DNA of 63,939 nt, filler included, from Craspedostauros australis (lineage: Eukaryota): NCBI GenBank assembly GCA_030167865.1. It is 5 parts of 5 records of this genome, joined end to end, with 100 filler letters (N's around TTAATTAATTAA, not from the genome) between each part and the next. Parts side by side here need not be neighbours in the genome. Positions count along the whole stretch, not along the records: positions 20,807 to 33,786 come from JALAGF010003407.1; positions 33,887 to 40,027 come from JALAGF010003410.1; 3 more parts are not named here. The stretch is one strand, 5' to 3'. The position numbers were made by a program, and so were the translations under genes. Below, piece after piece: positions 24,099-37,731 of the stretch; within the stretch, counting starts at the first letter, position 1; each line of letters begins with the position of its first letter. Under the pieces are notes generated by a model. It had not been told where the DNA came from, ran no database searches, and saw only the letters and a program-made list of their open reading frames with translations.

Positions 24099-27000
24099 GG
24101 TCGATTGGTTGATGTGTTGGCTTTCTCGTTGTGTGTGGTTGTGTCTGCCACTCTCTTCTCAGGAATGGATCAGGCTGGTCTGAGTGTGGATGCGATGTTA
24201 TGTGCAACGTCCAATGTCCAACGCTCGAGTACCAACGCAATGCACGACAACGATGATCTTTTGGCTTCAATCTGTGCTTTGGTCTCTTTGCGCCGCTCTC
24301 TGTATCGATCTGTTTGCAATTTATGTTGCTGTCAATCCGTTCCTGCCTGTTCGTGTTCTTTGGTCCTAGTGGCGTTTGAGAGCGAGTTTGGAGGTGCAGC
24401 GCGGAGAAAGGCACAATGACTTGTCTTGGGTTTCCCTTTTGCGCGTGGTCAACGCGAGGGTTGTTGTGTCAAACAAAAGGGAAGGGCGAGTTCCACCAAC
24501 ACACACACCTTCCTGTTCGTGGGTGCAAGTGATCGTTTTGATGCGACGGCACACCATGTCGTGTTGCTACCACGAATCGCACACTGCCGTGTTGTGTTGT
24601 ACCGCTCTTGTACGATCCACGCGCTAGCACTTGTGTGCACCACAAACGCTAGTACTTGTGCTGTGTGATTCGGTTGCGGGCGCCAACGGCGTCACGCTCT
24701 GGTGTCTTGAGCGTTTCGTTATTTCTCACCGGAAGCGGACGACGGTCATGATAAAATCTCACGGTGGAATTGCGTGCGAGTGAGCGTCGCTGCATTGCGT
24801 TCTTGGTCTGGCATGCGGCAGCTCTACCGTACTCGGACATGTGTTTGCAGTTGCAACCACAGAAGCGCAAGTGGCGCCTGCTTGTTCGCGCTGGGCGTGT
24901 TGCACCGTGTCGCCACATCTTGGTGGTGTCGCGCTTTGTGCCACCGAAGGCACAATTGACTATATCAACGCTTATACCCAACGCGTTTTCTTACTCCTGA
25001 TCAAGCATTCTTCGGTTAATTGTGGAGGCATTGTGCCACCGACACAGCGCCAAACCAAGATGCTGACGGGTGCATTGAGATCGTGGTCGACCAATCAGAA
25101 GGGAAAAACGACGTCATGTCAGAAACTGGTGGGTATCAAAGGTTCCGTTGACGCAAGGATGTTCTACAACCGCTCCGTGCCTGTGTTACGCGAGCTACCT
25201 TCACAGACACTCAACTGTTTCTCCAGAAGGCCACAAAATCCGTGCAATAACACCGCAAACGCAAACAACTGAAGGCAACCAGAAAGCAAAGTCTTCACGG
25301 ACACAGCATCACACAAACAGAGTGTACAGACACCCACGGCGGCCGTAGCTCGTATGAATGCACTGCTCGGACGAACTGGCGCAAGCCAACGAGGCACGGC
25401 GCAGCGCATGATCACATCACAAAAGTCCTCCGCGCCAAATTCAGATGGAGCACGTCTCTGCTTCCGGATACTCGCAAGTGTATGCCCTAAAGGGAGCCGC
25501 CAACCAAACTTCATGGACAAAAGAACTGGTTGCGACGTACGAACACATAGGCAGCCGCAGTAGTTCCCCCCAGCTGCTCCTCTTGATTGCTATGTGTACG
25601 ATACTCTTCTGCTTAGCGCTCTCGCCGCTGCGAATGGTGTGGCGCCCATGCGAATCGGAACACTATTAAGCTTGAACACGACGAACTCGACGGATCTGGA
25701 AAGGGCAAACCGCAAGGCAACAATCGTGGGAATGACGACCGCGTGTGCGCATCCCATCCCACATGCTCGCGTAAGTTCTCGTGCTTGTGCCGTTGTCGCC
25801 ATCATTGTTCTTGGGAAGTTTGGACGATGATCATGATCATGATCATGTGGTTGGTGATGCAACCGCTATTGCTTCGCCGACTCTGTGTCTCCCATCCACT
25901 CTGTATCGGCCACTCCCGACCAACGACGCACATCTACGATCTGGCCAGTGCCGTGCCTTTCGCATTTCGTGAGAGTGCCCTTGAACCGGGATAAGGCAGC
26001 TCCGTGAAATAGAGCATGTATAAGAATACCATAGTAATGCCATGCAAGGCGCTGCTACCATCGCCATCTAAACCAATCATCATGCTCGTGTTGCAATGAA
26101 GATCGAATGCCCGTGGTCGTATTGTATAGCATCCATCAAACAAAACGAGCGGGAGCAGATTCGGAGCAGGAGTACGTACCATACTCGTACAATAGTCGCA
26201 CGATACTCCGCCAATGCTGCGGACCTGATCAACACATCCGTACGTGCGTGAGTGGGTGCCTGTCAGTGTGATCCAGGGGCGAGTTCGGAATAGAGCCCGT
26301 CCATAATTGCAGCTTGCAAATCCTCATCTACTACTACATCCTTCTGGAAGATGCCGTGCTGCGACGAGATTTCATGTTACACGTACGACCACTCCTCCGT
26401 TTTGCTACATGGTGCCCTGTGCTTTGCCATGCTTCTACTTGCACATGTACCATCCCTCCTCCCGAGAGAGAGGGAGAATACTGCAACAGTTGTGCAGCAA
26501 CAAGCGCCATGGATTCGTCCTCGGCATACCGGAGAAATCAATGGAGCAGGTGGACCGATCCGCGGATCCAATGGCGATCCCAGCCGAATGTTGATCGTAC
26601 CTGACGATTATCTTGTGCGAGTGCCTCCTCGCGAGTTTGCGTCAAATTGCAACGAATGGATTCGCCAGTGTACGTACTCGCAGCGCACAGTGGAGTACAC
26701 GCTCCAGACTCCTACTCGTCGTCGCACGATTATGAAGAACACAGATGTGGTGCCACCTGGTCGCACGAGAAGTTGTGTGTGTGTTTCTTGACATGAGCCT
26801 GTCGATCAAACAGTAGGTATTCTATCCGCAGCCCTCATCACTATACTATACTCTATGTAGACTTGCCTGCCAATGCAAAGCGATTGATTGCGATTGTGCT
26901 CAGGATAGGATCCAAGTCAGCATTTCAACAGATTCGATCTCCCCAACAGGCACTATTGAGGAATCGCCTGCATCTCTTGTCAAGATGAGACCTCGTTGGA

Positions 27001-27138
27001 AAGTTGCTTATTTCTGCTTCAAATAATAGAATAGAATAATACACCTGCGGATACTGCATGGTTCGCGACTCTACTTGCTTCCATTACGATGGAAATCCTA
27101 AGCACTCGGCCTACAATCCGCCGTCAATGGAATCCGCC

Positions 27139-28518
<1,380 letters not shown>

Positions 28519-28788
28519 TTATTCGTGACTTGGTGCTTCGCAGTCACGTGTATCTGGTTGGATAGATCGTAGAATGCAGTCTACTCGTGGAGACAGCGCA
28601 CGTATTGCTATCAGTTGGGGTTCTGTCGAATGCGCATGCACAGTGCACCTGTCTCTTCACGCCCTGCCATCTCCGACCCTCAGCTTCTGCATGCCCCCCT
28701 GTTGTTACCTCTTATTATGAGTACACTTCCCACTTTTCAAGTCCTTCCTTTCCTCTATCTATCTATCGCGCGAGTGTGTGCTGTGCCA

Positions 28789-29550
28789 TCATGAATCACC
28801 TCGCACAAGCAACCGCCTCTTCTCGTAATGATAACTCGACAACACCATCGTCGTCGCTACCGTCACGTTGAAACTCGCCGTGCCGACCCCGTACTGCGGT
28901 ATGCGGCACGTCGCATCGCAATCGACGAGCTGCTTGGGATGAATGCCGCTGCCTTCGTTGCCCGGCATCAAGGCGATGTCGCCTCGCAACGGATTGCGCA
29001 CGAAGTACCCATCATCGAGGCACTGCGATTGCGCGTCGATTTCGATGCCGATCAGGCGGATCTTGCGTTGTCGCAGATGCTCGACGCAGTCCTTCCATTT
29101 GTCGAAGCGGCGTATAGTGAGATGGCCTGCATCGAGCCGTGCCTGGACTGGCGCCGGTACGTTGCAGCGCAGTGGCTTGTCGCGTTGCTGCGACGCTGCC
29201 TCATCTTGCTTCAGAATGAGGCTGCGCTTCTGGCCCACGACGTAGATGGTGCGACAATCGAAGGAGGCCGCCGATTGCAGCAACGTCCGGATATTGGTCA
29301 TCTTGCCGATGCCACAAATCACGAGATCGATGCATGGCGATTGCGTGGCAGCGTGGAGGTGCGGTCTTGCTTGCTGTTGCTCTTGTTGCTCGCCATCATC
29401 ATTATCCACGGTGTTGCTCGTGTTTGTATCTTGGGTTGGCATTGGCATTGGCGTTGTCATGGTGAGGCTTATTGTCGTTGCAATGCTTTGGTTGTACCAT
29501 GAGTGCGAGTGCCCGTATGGTATGGTGCTTGTTGGCACGGGTGCGCACAT
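28789..29550 (-). CDS. SpoU/TrmH family tRNA/rRNA 2'-O-methyltransferase
   Basis: SPOUT motifs GKMTNIRTLLQSAASF, ALMPGNEGSGI and CRIPQYGVGTASFNVTVA. The true start may be the ATG at 29460. Confidence 0.88.
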   Translation of the reverse strand: MCAPVPTSTIPYGHSHSWYNQSIATTISLTMTTPMPMPTQDTNTSNTVDNDDGEQQEQQQARPHLHAATQSPCIDLVICGIGKMTNIRTLLQSAASFDCRTIYVVGQKRSLILKQDEAASQQRDKPLRCNVPAPVQARLDAGHLTIRRFDKWKDCVEHLRQRKIRLIGIEIDAQSQCLDDGYFVRNPLRGDIALMPGNEGSGIHPKQLVDCDATCRIPQYGVGTASFNVTVATTMVLSSYHYEKRRLLVRGDS

Positions 29551-30134
29551 GCACCCACGATCGTTTGTGTGATGTGATGTGTGCCTCTCTTTTGTTGTTG
29601 TGTTTGGTTGTTGGGTGATGAATTCGATGAGATCCGAAGGCTATGCCTCGCTAGACTAGATCTGCGTGGAGTTCACCACCAATGGAACAAGCCGCAGGTC
29701 GTTGTCGTACGTGCCGCACTTGCCTATGAGCGAAAACGCACTTCGTCTCCCGCTCTGGATTCTCTTTGGAGGCATCCGCTGATCGCACCCCGACAACATC
29801 ACTTGCATCCAAAGCATTCCTGCACGTTCATGGAAACTGTTCATGGAAGGTGCAGCATAAGACTCCAAAGATTCATTTGAGGCTCAGCGAAGGCGATGTT
29901 GGCGTTGTTGCCATTTGCATGTCGCGCGCAACCGCGGTGATAAGACGAATGAGAAAGAACTTGAAGTTTGTGAAAATTGCTTGTGTGAGGTTAATGGTAT
30001 TCTCTGTATGTAGTTGTGCATTGTTGTGGTGTGTCGATGTGTGGTATGGGAGAGTGATAGCAAGACTTGGAACGTCCAGGTCTGCGGCATGGCTTAGATT
30101 GATCGTGGCGGTCATTGATGTAACGAGACCGCTT

Positions 30135-30905
30135 TTAAGCACAACCAGCAAAGCTGTGCGTGGAGACATCGAGCTCTGGGAAGTCGGCGATGCCGTGCGA
30201 CGACAGCGACGTGAGGGACAGCCGGCGTGGGAAGGACGGCAGCGGCGTAGCGTTCTCCTGATCCTGCGATGCGTGGTACGTCGAGCTCTCCATGACGCGT
30301 GTGGCATCCTTGATCGACAGCCGGCGCATCTGTCGTCGTGTGTGCTGGTGCAGCATGCGCGGCTGTGACTGAGAGAGCTTGAGCTGTGGTTGTTGTTGCG
30401 TGCGCGAGTTCTGCGTCTTTGTCTTCTTCATGTCGTTGAGCAGAAGGCTTCGTGTGGCCGCGCTCATGCGGGTGCTTGGCTTCTTCGCCATTTTCCGGGT
30501 GGCGGTGGTGCTCGTATTGTTGCTGCTGCTGATCATGCGGCTAAAGTTGGCGGGGATGTTGCTTCGGCGTGGGCGCATGGCGAGCAGTGGGCGTCTGGGT
30601 CTCAGGGTCAAGGCCGGAACGTTGGCGCTTGGGTTGGACCAATCCATCTGCTTGATGCCTCTGGCAGTTGGCACTGCTGGTGCATCGTTGAACATATCGT
30701 CCGAGAGCATGAGAGATTCTGGAATGGCTGCAGCAGTGATGGGGCTGGTGGCATCCTCCTTGCCTTCAATGCCAGACGGCGGGGTCATGAAGGTGGATGC
30801 TGTCACCTCGTGACGGAGGCGCTTGAGCGGAGGGACGCACAGATCTGGGAAAGCCATGATCTCGCGCTTTGGTGTAACGAAGGAGGATGTTGTCATGGTG
30901 GTCAT
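30135..30905 (-). CDS. Hypothetical 256-aa protein
   Basis: ATG preceded by the CAA-rich leader seen before other genes in this window. Low-complexity, no domain recognised. Confidence 0.45.
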   Translation of the reverse strand: MTTMTTSSFVTPKREIMAFPDLCVPPLKRLRHEVTASTFMTPPSGIEGKEDATSPITAAAIPESLMLSDDMFNDAPAVPTARGIKQMDWSNPSANVPALTLRPRRPLLAMRPRRSNIPANFSRMISSSNNTSTTATRKMAKKPSTRMSAATRSLLLNDMKKTKTQNSRTQQQPQLKLSQSQPRMLHQHTRRQMRRLSIKDATRVMESSTYHASQDQENATPLPSFPRRLSLTSLSSHGIADFPELDVSTHSFAGCA

Positions 30906-33566
30906 CTTGATTGTGATAATGCTGGCTGCTGTTGGTCTTGCTGATGGCTTTGATGGTTGTGCTTTTGTGCTTGTGCTTTGTGCTTGTCTTGTGAAGTGTT
31001 GTGAAGTGAAATGTTATCGAAATTATGAGGACAACGAAACCCACATCGCCCAACACAGCAAAGTGATGAAGGCTGTGCGTCGATGTGCACTTGTGAACAC
31101 TTCAATGGGGAGACAGATTTCGCCCCATGACCAATGCCGCTGTGGCGCACCTCCGATGCCTCTTGTTTTACCAAGGTGACATCCACATCTTCCCCACAAG
31201 GGCATAACCATCCAACCAGCCAAATAGCCATCCGCCTTCCAACCAGCGACTGGGCCCGTGTGACCTCTCGCATCACCAAGAGTCGTGCATCCCCAAGCGG
31301 AGAACAACTCCGCCAATCCCATTTTTGTTTTCCCCCTTCTCGAGCACACAGCTTCAGCATTGTATCGCCTGAGCAACCGCTCGAATAAGAACCTCTTCAC
31401 TTTGGCCCCTCTGCTTGGTGCATGCAGAGGGTTCGTCGAGGATCTATTCCCGAGCGAGACATAGAAGGAACAACTTCGCAAGATCGTGTGACAAAGCAGA
31501 CAACTCCTACCAGTACCTGATTTCTTCGCGCGAAGTGGCGACAACGCCTGCATTTTACCAACAGAACCGAAAGTACAGCATCAGCAGCAACTCCAACACA
31601 CATCACATCACAAACCATTCCAAGTTCCCAAGATGTCCGTTCGCGGTCGTGTGACCGCGCGTGCAACCTCAACGGTTACAATGACCGCTGAACAGGCATG
31701 GTAAAGAAATATCATTTTGGCCACTTCTTCCGTTGTGACCGACGAAAAAGGGCAATCTTGCGCAATCGGAAAGGTCTTGGCGTCTTGTGGGCCTAAGCAG
31801 ATGGCCGAGCGGGAGCGTCGGTGGCCAATAGTTTGGCCCTTCCGACGATCTTGGTTGGATGGTTCAAATTTGAAATTCAAGTTTTTCGGCCACATGGCAG
31901 AAAAGTGGTGATGTGTTCTGGCGAACAACTCGTCTTTGGACACATCAAACATCATCACAAGCAATGACGTGAGTTGGCGCATCATGCAACAATCATCACA
32001 ACGCACAGAAATCGAACTCTCCAATCCAGAAACAGAGCATCTGTGGAATAGTGGCTCGCAGAGCCTCTTGGATACAGGATTTATCCGGAATGTCTGTTTG
32101 GGATTTCGAAGAGTTCCATTCAGCGTTGTTCTGCATCCACCGCCCTGTCCAACATGCCCGGACGATCATGGGCACAAGTACTCGATTGGACACCGCGCAG
32201 TACCACGCATCACGGAGTAGAACCTGCACTGGCCAGCACAGAGCACTCCGCGCTTTGCAAGAACGGCGATGCTCTCTCTTTGCACGAGTGAAAGCACACA
32301 CAGAAGCCTGCCTTGTTGGATCGTTGTGCGTGACGATCGGAGGTTGCAAACTTGTTCTGCCCTCTCGGCGCACGGACTGTCTCTCTCTGAGATACTATAT
32401 CATTTGTGCGGTGAGCATTGCCGCTGACACTGCCAATGACAGTCGAGATAGTCCGCAGCAATGACCAAGAGGAAAAGAAGGAGTGGACGTCGGTTGCGTG
32501 GTTCTTGTTTTGGCACAGACTATTTCATCTTCTTCGCCTGCCGTGCTCAACCTCGTCCACCTCGCACCTCACGGATGTCGCAATCCAATCCGTTGGGGTT
32601 GACGATGCCCATCACCGCCAACCGAACAGCAAACACTCAGGCTTTCAGCCATCACCAATCGACCGACCGAGGCCCAAAGTTGTCAGAAAGCGAGCAATAC
32701 GGCATTGCTGCATCAGCAACTGCTATCGAGTTGCTCCAACTCCTTCTCTGCCTTGTGTTTCCCGCGCTCCTTCCTCCATTTCCCAAGTTCCTCTATGTCT
32801 CTGCTGGACTATTGCTCCGTTCGTTGTCTCTGCAAGCCTGCGATGGCTGGCATCCTGACTTTCGCAGCAGATTCAAATCTTCTCGCACACATCGCAGTCT
32901 ATCTCCTCCCGTTCTCGTCGCGATCCCACTTCGCCAATCCGACCATGCCATACATACAAGTTCCGCCCATACTCGGGTGCCATGCTCCACTGTCATACTT
33001 CTCTTCCAGGCAACGCCCATCATACAAGCCACACAAACGACATAGGGACTACGAGTAGTATGCATGCCTAGTCACATCGCATCAAATGACTTGACATACT
33101 CATATACTACTCGTGGATTCGCCCACCGTTTACATTGACTGGTGTGCCATGTCGCCATAGATCGTACTCCACAAACTAAGCACATCTCCCTCCGGCGGTC
33201 ACAATTCCAAGAGCAGGTACGCATGCAAGTACCATGGACATCCACCTCAGAATTCAAAACTGTGAATGGACATGATAGTTGCTGCAAGGCACGGGAATTC
33301 CGCTGAAACTGGTGTCCGGATGTTCGTGATCAGTCCCCGATTCAATCGTGTTTAGGACAATTAATCTTTGGTCGATCTTGTCAATCCCACATCGCTGAAT
33401 TTNNNNNNNNNNNNNNNNNNNNNNNNNNNNNNNNNNNNNNNNNNNNNNNNNNNNNNNNNNNNNNNNNNNNNNNNNNNNNNNNNNNNNNNNNNNNNNNNNN
33501 NNNNNNNNNNNNNNNNNNNNNNNNNNNNNNNNNNNNNNNNNNNNNNNNNNNNNNNNNNNNNNNNNN

Positions 33567-33697
33567 AGTACTTTCAACGTTTGTTGAGTACTTTCAACGT
33601 TTGTTGAGTACTTTCAACGTTTGTTCAGTACTTTCAACGTTTGTTCAGTACTTTCAACGTTTGTTCGGTACTTTCAACGTTTGTTCAGTACTTTCAA
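33567..33697. repeat. 20-bp minisatellite, about 6.5 visible copies
   Basis: AGTACTTTCAACGTTTGTT(G/C) in tandem, abutting the N gap at 33403-33566, so the array is probably longer. Confidence 0.92.
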
Positions 33698-33786
33698 AGT
33701 TGCCCACCAGGCACTGCAACAACCCCGACTCGCAGAGACCACGCTGTTGCGGAGAGCATCCAAACACGAGTCAATCTGGCCAGAAA

Positions 33787-33886
33787 NNNNNNNNNNNNNN
33801 NNNNNNNNNNNNNNNNNNNNNNNNNNNNNNTTAATTAATTAANNNNNNNNNNNNNNNNNNNNNNNNNNNNNNNNNNNNNNNNNNNN
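33787..33886. other. Artificial contig-joining spacer
   Basis: 44 N + TTAATTAATTAA + 44 N. Confidence 0.95.
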
Positions 33887-33888
33887 AT

Positions 33889-36800
33889 CTATCGATACTG
33901 GAGCACGTGATGCTTCTGCACCAGCATATCAACTTTCTTGTTGGCGCCCCACTCTTTGTACAGACGGATGGACTCCTGCAGGCGGGCTTTTGCTTCCTCT
34001 TTTTCACCTCTGCTCGCTAGGAACGCTGAGTACCTCTCATTCGCAAGCGCCTCGTCGTGAGTATACTTGCGCTCGCGCATCATCCGGATCGCCTCTTCGT
34101 ATTGCGTTGGTGCTCTTTCGTCTCTCTTCTTCAAAAAGGACGCCTCCGCTTCCAGCAACGTGATGTAGTGCTCGCAGTTAGGATTTCCTTTCTTCTGCCA
34201 TCGTTTCAGCACCTTCAAGAACTTGCGAGCGTGCTTGGTGTAGTGCGATGGGTTGTTTTCGTGGGCCATGCAGAAGCAGCAAAGGGCACTTTGGAATAGC
34301 GCTGCATAAAGGTTACAACTGGATGGTGCCTCCTTGAGCCACTTGAGGCAGGATCTGATCCCAATGTCTGATCCAAGCTGATATTCTCCAAAGTACATCG
34401 CAAGGTACAGCTTATGTATTGCTTTCACTCGATCCTGCGCGACTGTCATTGAATAGCCCTCCTCGAACATCTGCTCGGTCTCGTCGAAAGCGTCTCCGAT
34501 GAGCTTCGTGGTGTGATTGGAGGCGCCTCGAAGGTTCAAGGTACTCTGCCATGCCACCAAGTTTGCTTCGTATTGTGCGGTTTGTTGGAAGTCTCTGATG
34601 GTATTCGAATGGATGGATGCATCTTTATCGAGGGACGCAAGTGGCTTCCCTATGCATAAGCCCACCAAGATATAGCAGTACAATGACCAAGCTGCTGATT
34701 CTACATCGCCAGTCGACATACCCAATCTGGATGCCTCCAGGACTCCCTCGAAGCTCTCCGCAAGCGGATGTCTCCAATGATGCAGGCACCCGTAGTAGTT
34801 CAACTCGATCTTTCCATCCAAACTGCGATCATCCGATGCTTTCATGATCTTCAATGCCATGCGTCCGCATTTGTAGGTCAAGTCGATGTCCTCGAGAAGG
34901 AAAGCAATGAGGACACCCTGGAAGGTTAACATGGATGCTGAATGCGTCATGATTCCCAGTTTCAAGCTCAACCTCAAAGCCTTCACTACCACCAGAGGAA
35001 TCAACTCAGGTGCATTGACGTATGATATCGTGCTGAGCTTGTCCAATGTCTTCATGATGGCCTCCTGGTTTTCATCTTTCGATAACGAAAGGTTGTGTCC
35101 CAGTTCTGTCTCCAGCCGCCGGATGGTGCTCTTCGCCGTCATCAGGCCTCGAAGGACGTAGATCGCTTGGCCAAAGCTCGATGATGGAAGAGTGCAGCCG
35201 AGCTGGGACAGTAGATCTAGACACCTATCCACAGGTCCCTCTCCACCGGCACCGTGCATTCCGGCAGAGGTGATGTCGATCAGCACGTGGTATGCACGCA
35301 CTTTGCTCATTATGTCGTAGTCCTGATTGATGATGGCCTCGCAGTACGATTGTGCCGTGGCGAAGTTGGTGGCAACGAAATGACTCTCTGCCGCCGATGA
35401 GTACAGCTCCAGGCTTTGCTCGGCCAGCATCTCCCAGTGGTTGTCGGGGAGGAGGTCGATTGCCATGGTGAAGTACGAAGATGCCAGATGGAAGGCCGAT
35501 GCGTTGGCAGCCTGCTGGCCGGCCTTGTGGTTGAGCATGATGATCTTCATTCGGCGATCCAGCTTTCGATGGCTGGGCATGAGATCGGGCCTCGTATTGA
35601 GGAGGTTGGCGATCATGAAGATCTTGTCGCCGAGCTCAACATCGGACAGTGCGTACAGCAAGATCTCACCGACACGATACTTGAGCTCTGTGAGCTGGTC
35701 ATCGGTTGGTATCATGGACAGCGCGGCTTCTTGGACCTTGTCGTGGATGAAGGAGTACTGGAGGGACTTGGATCGCTTCGTGTTTGTGCTTGTGTTTGTG
35801 CCGTTGGCGTTGGCGGTCTTGTTCGTGTTGGACATTCGCCGGGAGCTCTCATCGGTTGATGCAGAGCGGTTCGAACGAGTACGTGATGATTTGACCTTCT
35901 CGATCAACGTTTCCGAACAGAACGTCTTGAGCATGATCATGATCTCTGCCTCTTTCGTCATCTTCGTGACTTGGAAAACCTCGCGGAAGAACTTGGAGTG
36001 GCTGGAATGGATGAAGAGACCTGCGATGACTGCACATACGTGCGAAGCAGAGAATGTCGCCCCGAGACAGGCCGCAATGGACAGCACCCAGTGCTCGGAT
36101 GCGGACTTTCGAAGTCTCGTCTTCATGAGGTCCATGATGTTGTCGCCGGAAGTCGTTGAGTTGGATGTGATTGCGTTGATGTCCCAGGTCCATGGCGATT
36201 GGTGATCGGTATCATCCGATGCCACCATGGTTGTTGCTGATGGAGTTGCTGTTGCAGTTGCAGTTGGAGTTGGATTGATGGTGATGAAACCATCCGTCAC
36301 GAGAGAGTCGAGGAACTGCTGGATGAAGAACATATTGCCTCCGGTCTTGGCATGCACGACCTGAGCCAACGGCAGAAAGTGTGCAAGCGACGATTTGGCT
36401 TCAAGATAATCACCATCATCTTCCTGATGCGATGACACGTAGAAAAGCCGTTGCAGGTACTCGGCGACCCCATCAACGCTCAAGTCCTCGACAGAGAGCT
36501 TGACGATTCGGATGGACCTCTCTCTCTTCGACTCTTCCAATGACATCAACATCGCCTTGAGACCCTGATTGACATCGAGCATGTTCGAGCGATACAGACC
36601 AATGATGGTGAGTGAGGCACTGCGGCTGTCCATCAGCCAGGATTGAATGAGGCTCAATGATGCTCGATCGGCCCATTGCAGATCATCGATGACCATCACC
36701 ACGGGGCAGTAGCTGCAGAGGATCTGCATGAACCTCCGGAGCATGTACGTGATTCGTTGTGTGTGGTTCTTGTAATTGACGGAAGATCCTGCTCCTGCCA

Positions 36801-37731
36801 CACGACTGAACGTGGAGATAGAGATGGAAGCATCGGAAGCATGAGGTAGAGATGATGGAGATGATGTGACAGACCCAAGATTGATTCCGCCGGCGGATGG
36901 GTAGGACGTTCTCAGAGCCATGATGGTGTCGATGTTTGGGATGACGTGAGAGAGCAGCTCGAGCTCTGCGGACGTCAGTCCTTTCGACACCAACGATGCA
37001 AGTGTCCGTGGTTTGGCTCCGGAGATCTGCGCGCCGGATTTGTGGCCGGTAGACGCTTTCATCTCAGATTGAGCTCTGCTTACCACTTGCTCGCACAGCT
37101 CCATCATGGCTGATTGGATGCCAGCGTACGGAACACCTTCCTTCTTGGTGGACAGCTCGCATTTCCCGGCGGCGAAGAAGCCACGGAAGCATTTGCTTGC
37201 ATCGGTGTTGTTGGTGGTGACAGCTTCTGTGGTGGCATGGCTGGCTTCGTCGTGGTTGCCGGGGGGTGCTGTTGGAGGCAGGAGGCTGTCGCGCACATGG
37301 CGGACGAGCGCCGACTTGCCGCTTCCCGATTGGCCAGAGATCAGCACCAATGATCGAATCTGGCGTTGGATGAAAGATGGTGCTGGGGACGAGCAGTTCG
37401 TTTCTGCGTAATCGCTGCGGCTGTCACTACCGCTGGTGGTGGAGGAGCTGTCGGTGGCGGTGTTATCGGTGGCGCCTGGATTCGTCGTCGAGAATGGCTT
37501 CTTGTGATGGCTGACTGCGGGTTCTTCGTCGGAAGATGGTGCATTCCGCCTCGTCCAAGATTGGTTTTGGATGGCGTTGCGCAGAATGCGGATCTGCTTG
37601 TCACGCCCGACGAGACCGACCTTGTCGAACGAGAGGTGCGGCGCCGTGGCCGACGCTGTTGCGATCGTTGGCGTCGACGCTGTCGCTGTGGTCATTGTTG
37701 CCTTCGTTGTTGCATTCATTGTTGCATGCAT
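33889..37731 (-). CDS. STAND-class AAA ATPase with TPR-like C-terminus (COG3899-like)
   Basis: LVGRDKQI, Walker A ISGQSGSGKS, Walker B VMVIDDLQWAD, TGGNMFFIQQ, FIHDKVQEAA, and terminal HDEALANE and YKEWGANKKV, as in the ATPase-TPR portion of bacterial kinase/ATPase/sensor proteins. Intronless. Confidence 0.85.
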   Translation of the reverse strand: MHATMNATTKATMTTATASTPTIATASATAPHLSFDKVGLVGRDKQIRILRNAIQNQSWTRRNAPSSDEEPAVSHHKKPFSTTNPGATDNTATDSSSTTSGSDSRSDYAETNCSSPAPSFIQRQIRSLVLISGQSGSGKSALVRHVRDSLLPPTAPPGNHDEASHATTEAVTTNNTDASKCFRGFFAAGKCELSTKKEGVPYAGIQSAMMELCEQVVSRAQSEMKASTGHKSGAQISGAKPRTLASLVSKGLTSAELELLSHVIPNIDTIMALRTSYPSAGGINLGSVTSSPSSLPHASDASISISTFSRVAGAGSSVNYKNHTQRITYMLRRFMQILCSYCPVVMVIDDLQWADRASLSLIQSWLMDSRSASLTIIGLYRSNMLDVNQGLKAMLMSLEESKRERSIRIVKLSVEDLSVDGVAEYLQRLFYVSSHQEDDGDYLEAKSSLAHFLPLAQVVHAKTGGNMFFIQQFLDSLVTDGFITINPTPTATATATPSATTMVASDDTDHQSPWTWDINAITSNSTTSGDNIMDLMKTRLRKSASEHWVLSIAACLGATFSASHVCAVIAGLFIHSSHSKFFREVFQVTKMTKEAEIMIMLKTFCSETLIEKVKSSRTRSNRSASTDESSRRMSNTNKTANANGTNTSTNTKRSKSLQYSFIHDKVQEAALSMIPTDDQLTELKYRVGEILLYALSDVELGDKIFMIANLLNTRPDLMPSHRKLDRRMKIIMLNHKAGQQAANASAFHLASSYFTMAIDLLPDNHWEMLAEQSLELYSSAAESHFVATNFATAQSYCEAIINQDYDIMSKVRAYHVLIDITSAGMHGAGGEGPVDRCLDLLSQLGCTLPSSSFGQAIYVLRGLMTAKSTIRRLETELGHNLSLSKDENQEAIMKTLDKLSTISYVNAPELIPLVVVKALRLSLKLGIMTHSASMLTFQGVLIAFLLEDIDLTYKCGRMALKIMKASDDRSLDGKIELNYYGCLHHWRHPLAESFEGVLEASRLGMSTGDVESAAWSLYCYILVGLCIGKPLASLDKDASIHSNTIRDFQQTAQYEANLVAWQSTLNLRGASNHTTKLIGDAFDETEQMFEEGYSMTVAQDRVKAIHKLYLAMYFGEYQLGSDIGIRSCLKWLKEAPSSCNLYAALFQSALCCFCMAHENNPSHYTKHARKFLKVLKRWQKKGNPNCEHYITLLEAEASFLKKRDERAPTQYEEAIRMMRERKYTHDEALANERYSAFLASRGEKEEAKARLQESIRLYKEWGANKKVDMLVQKHHVLQYR

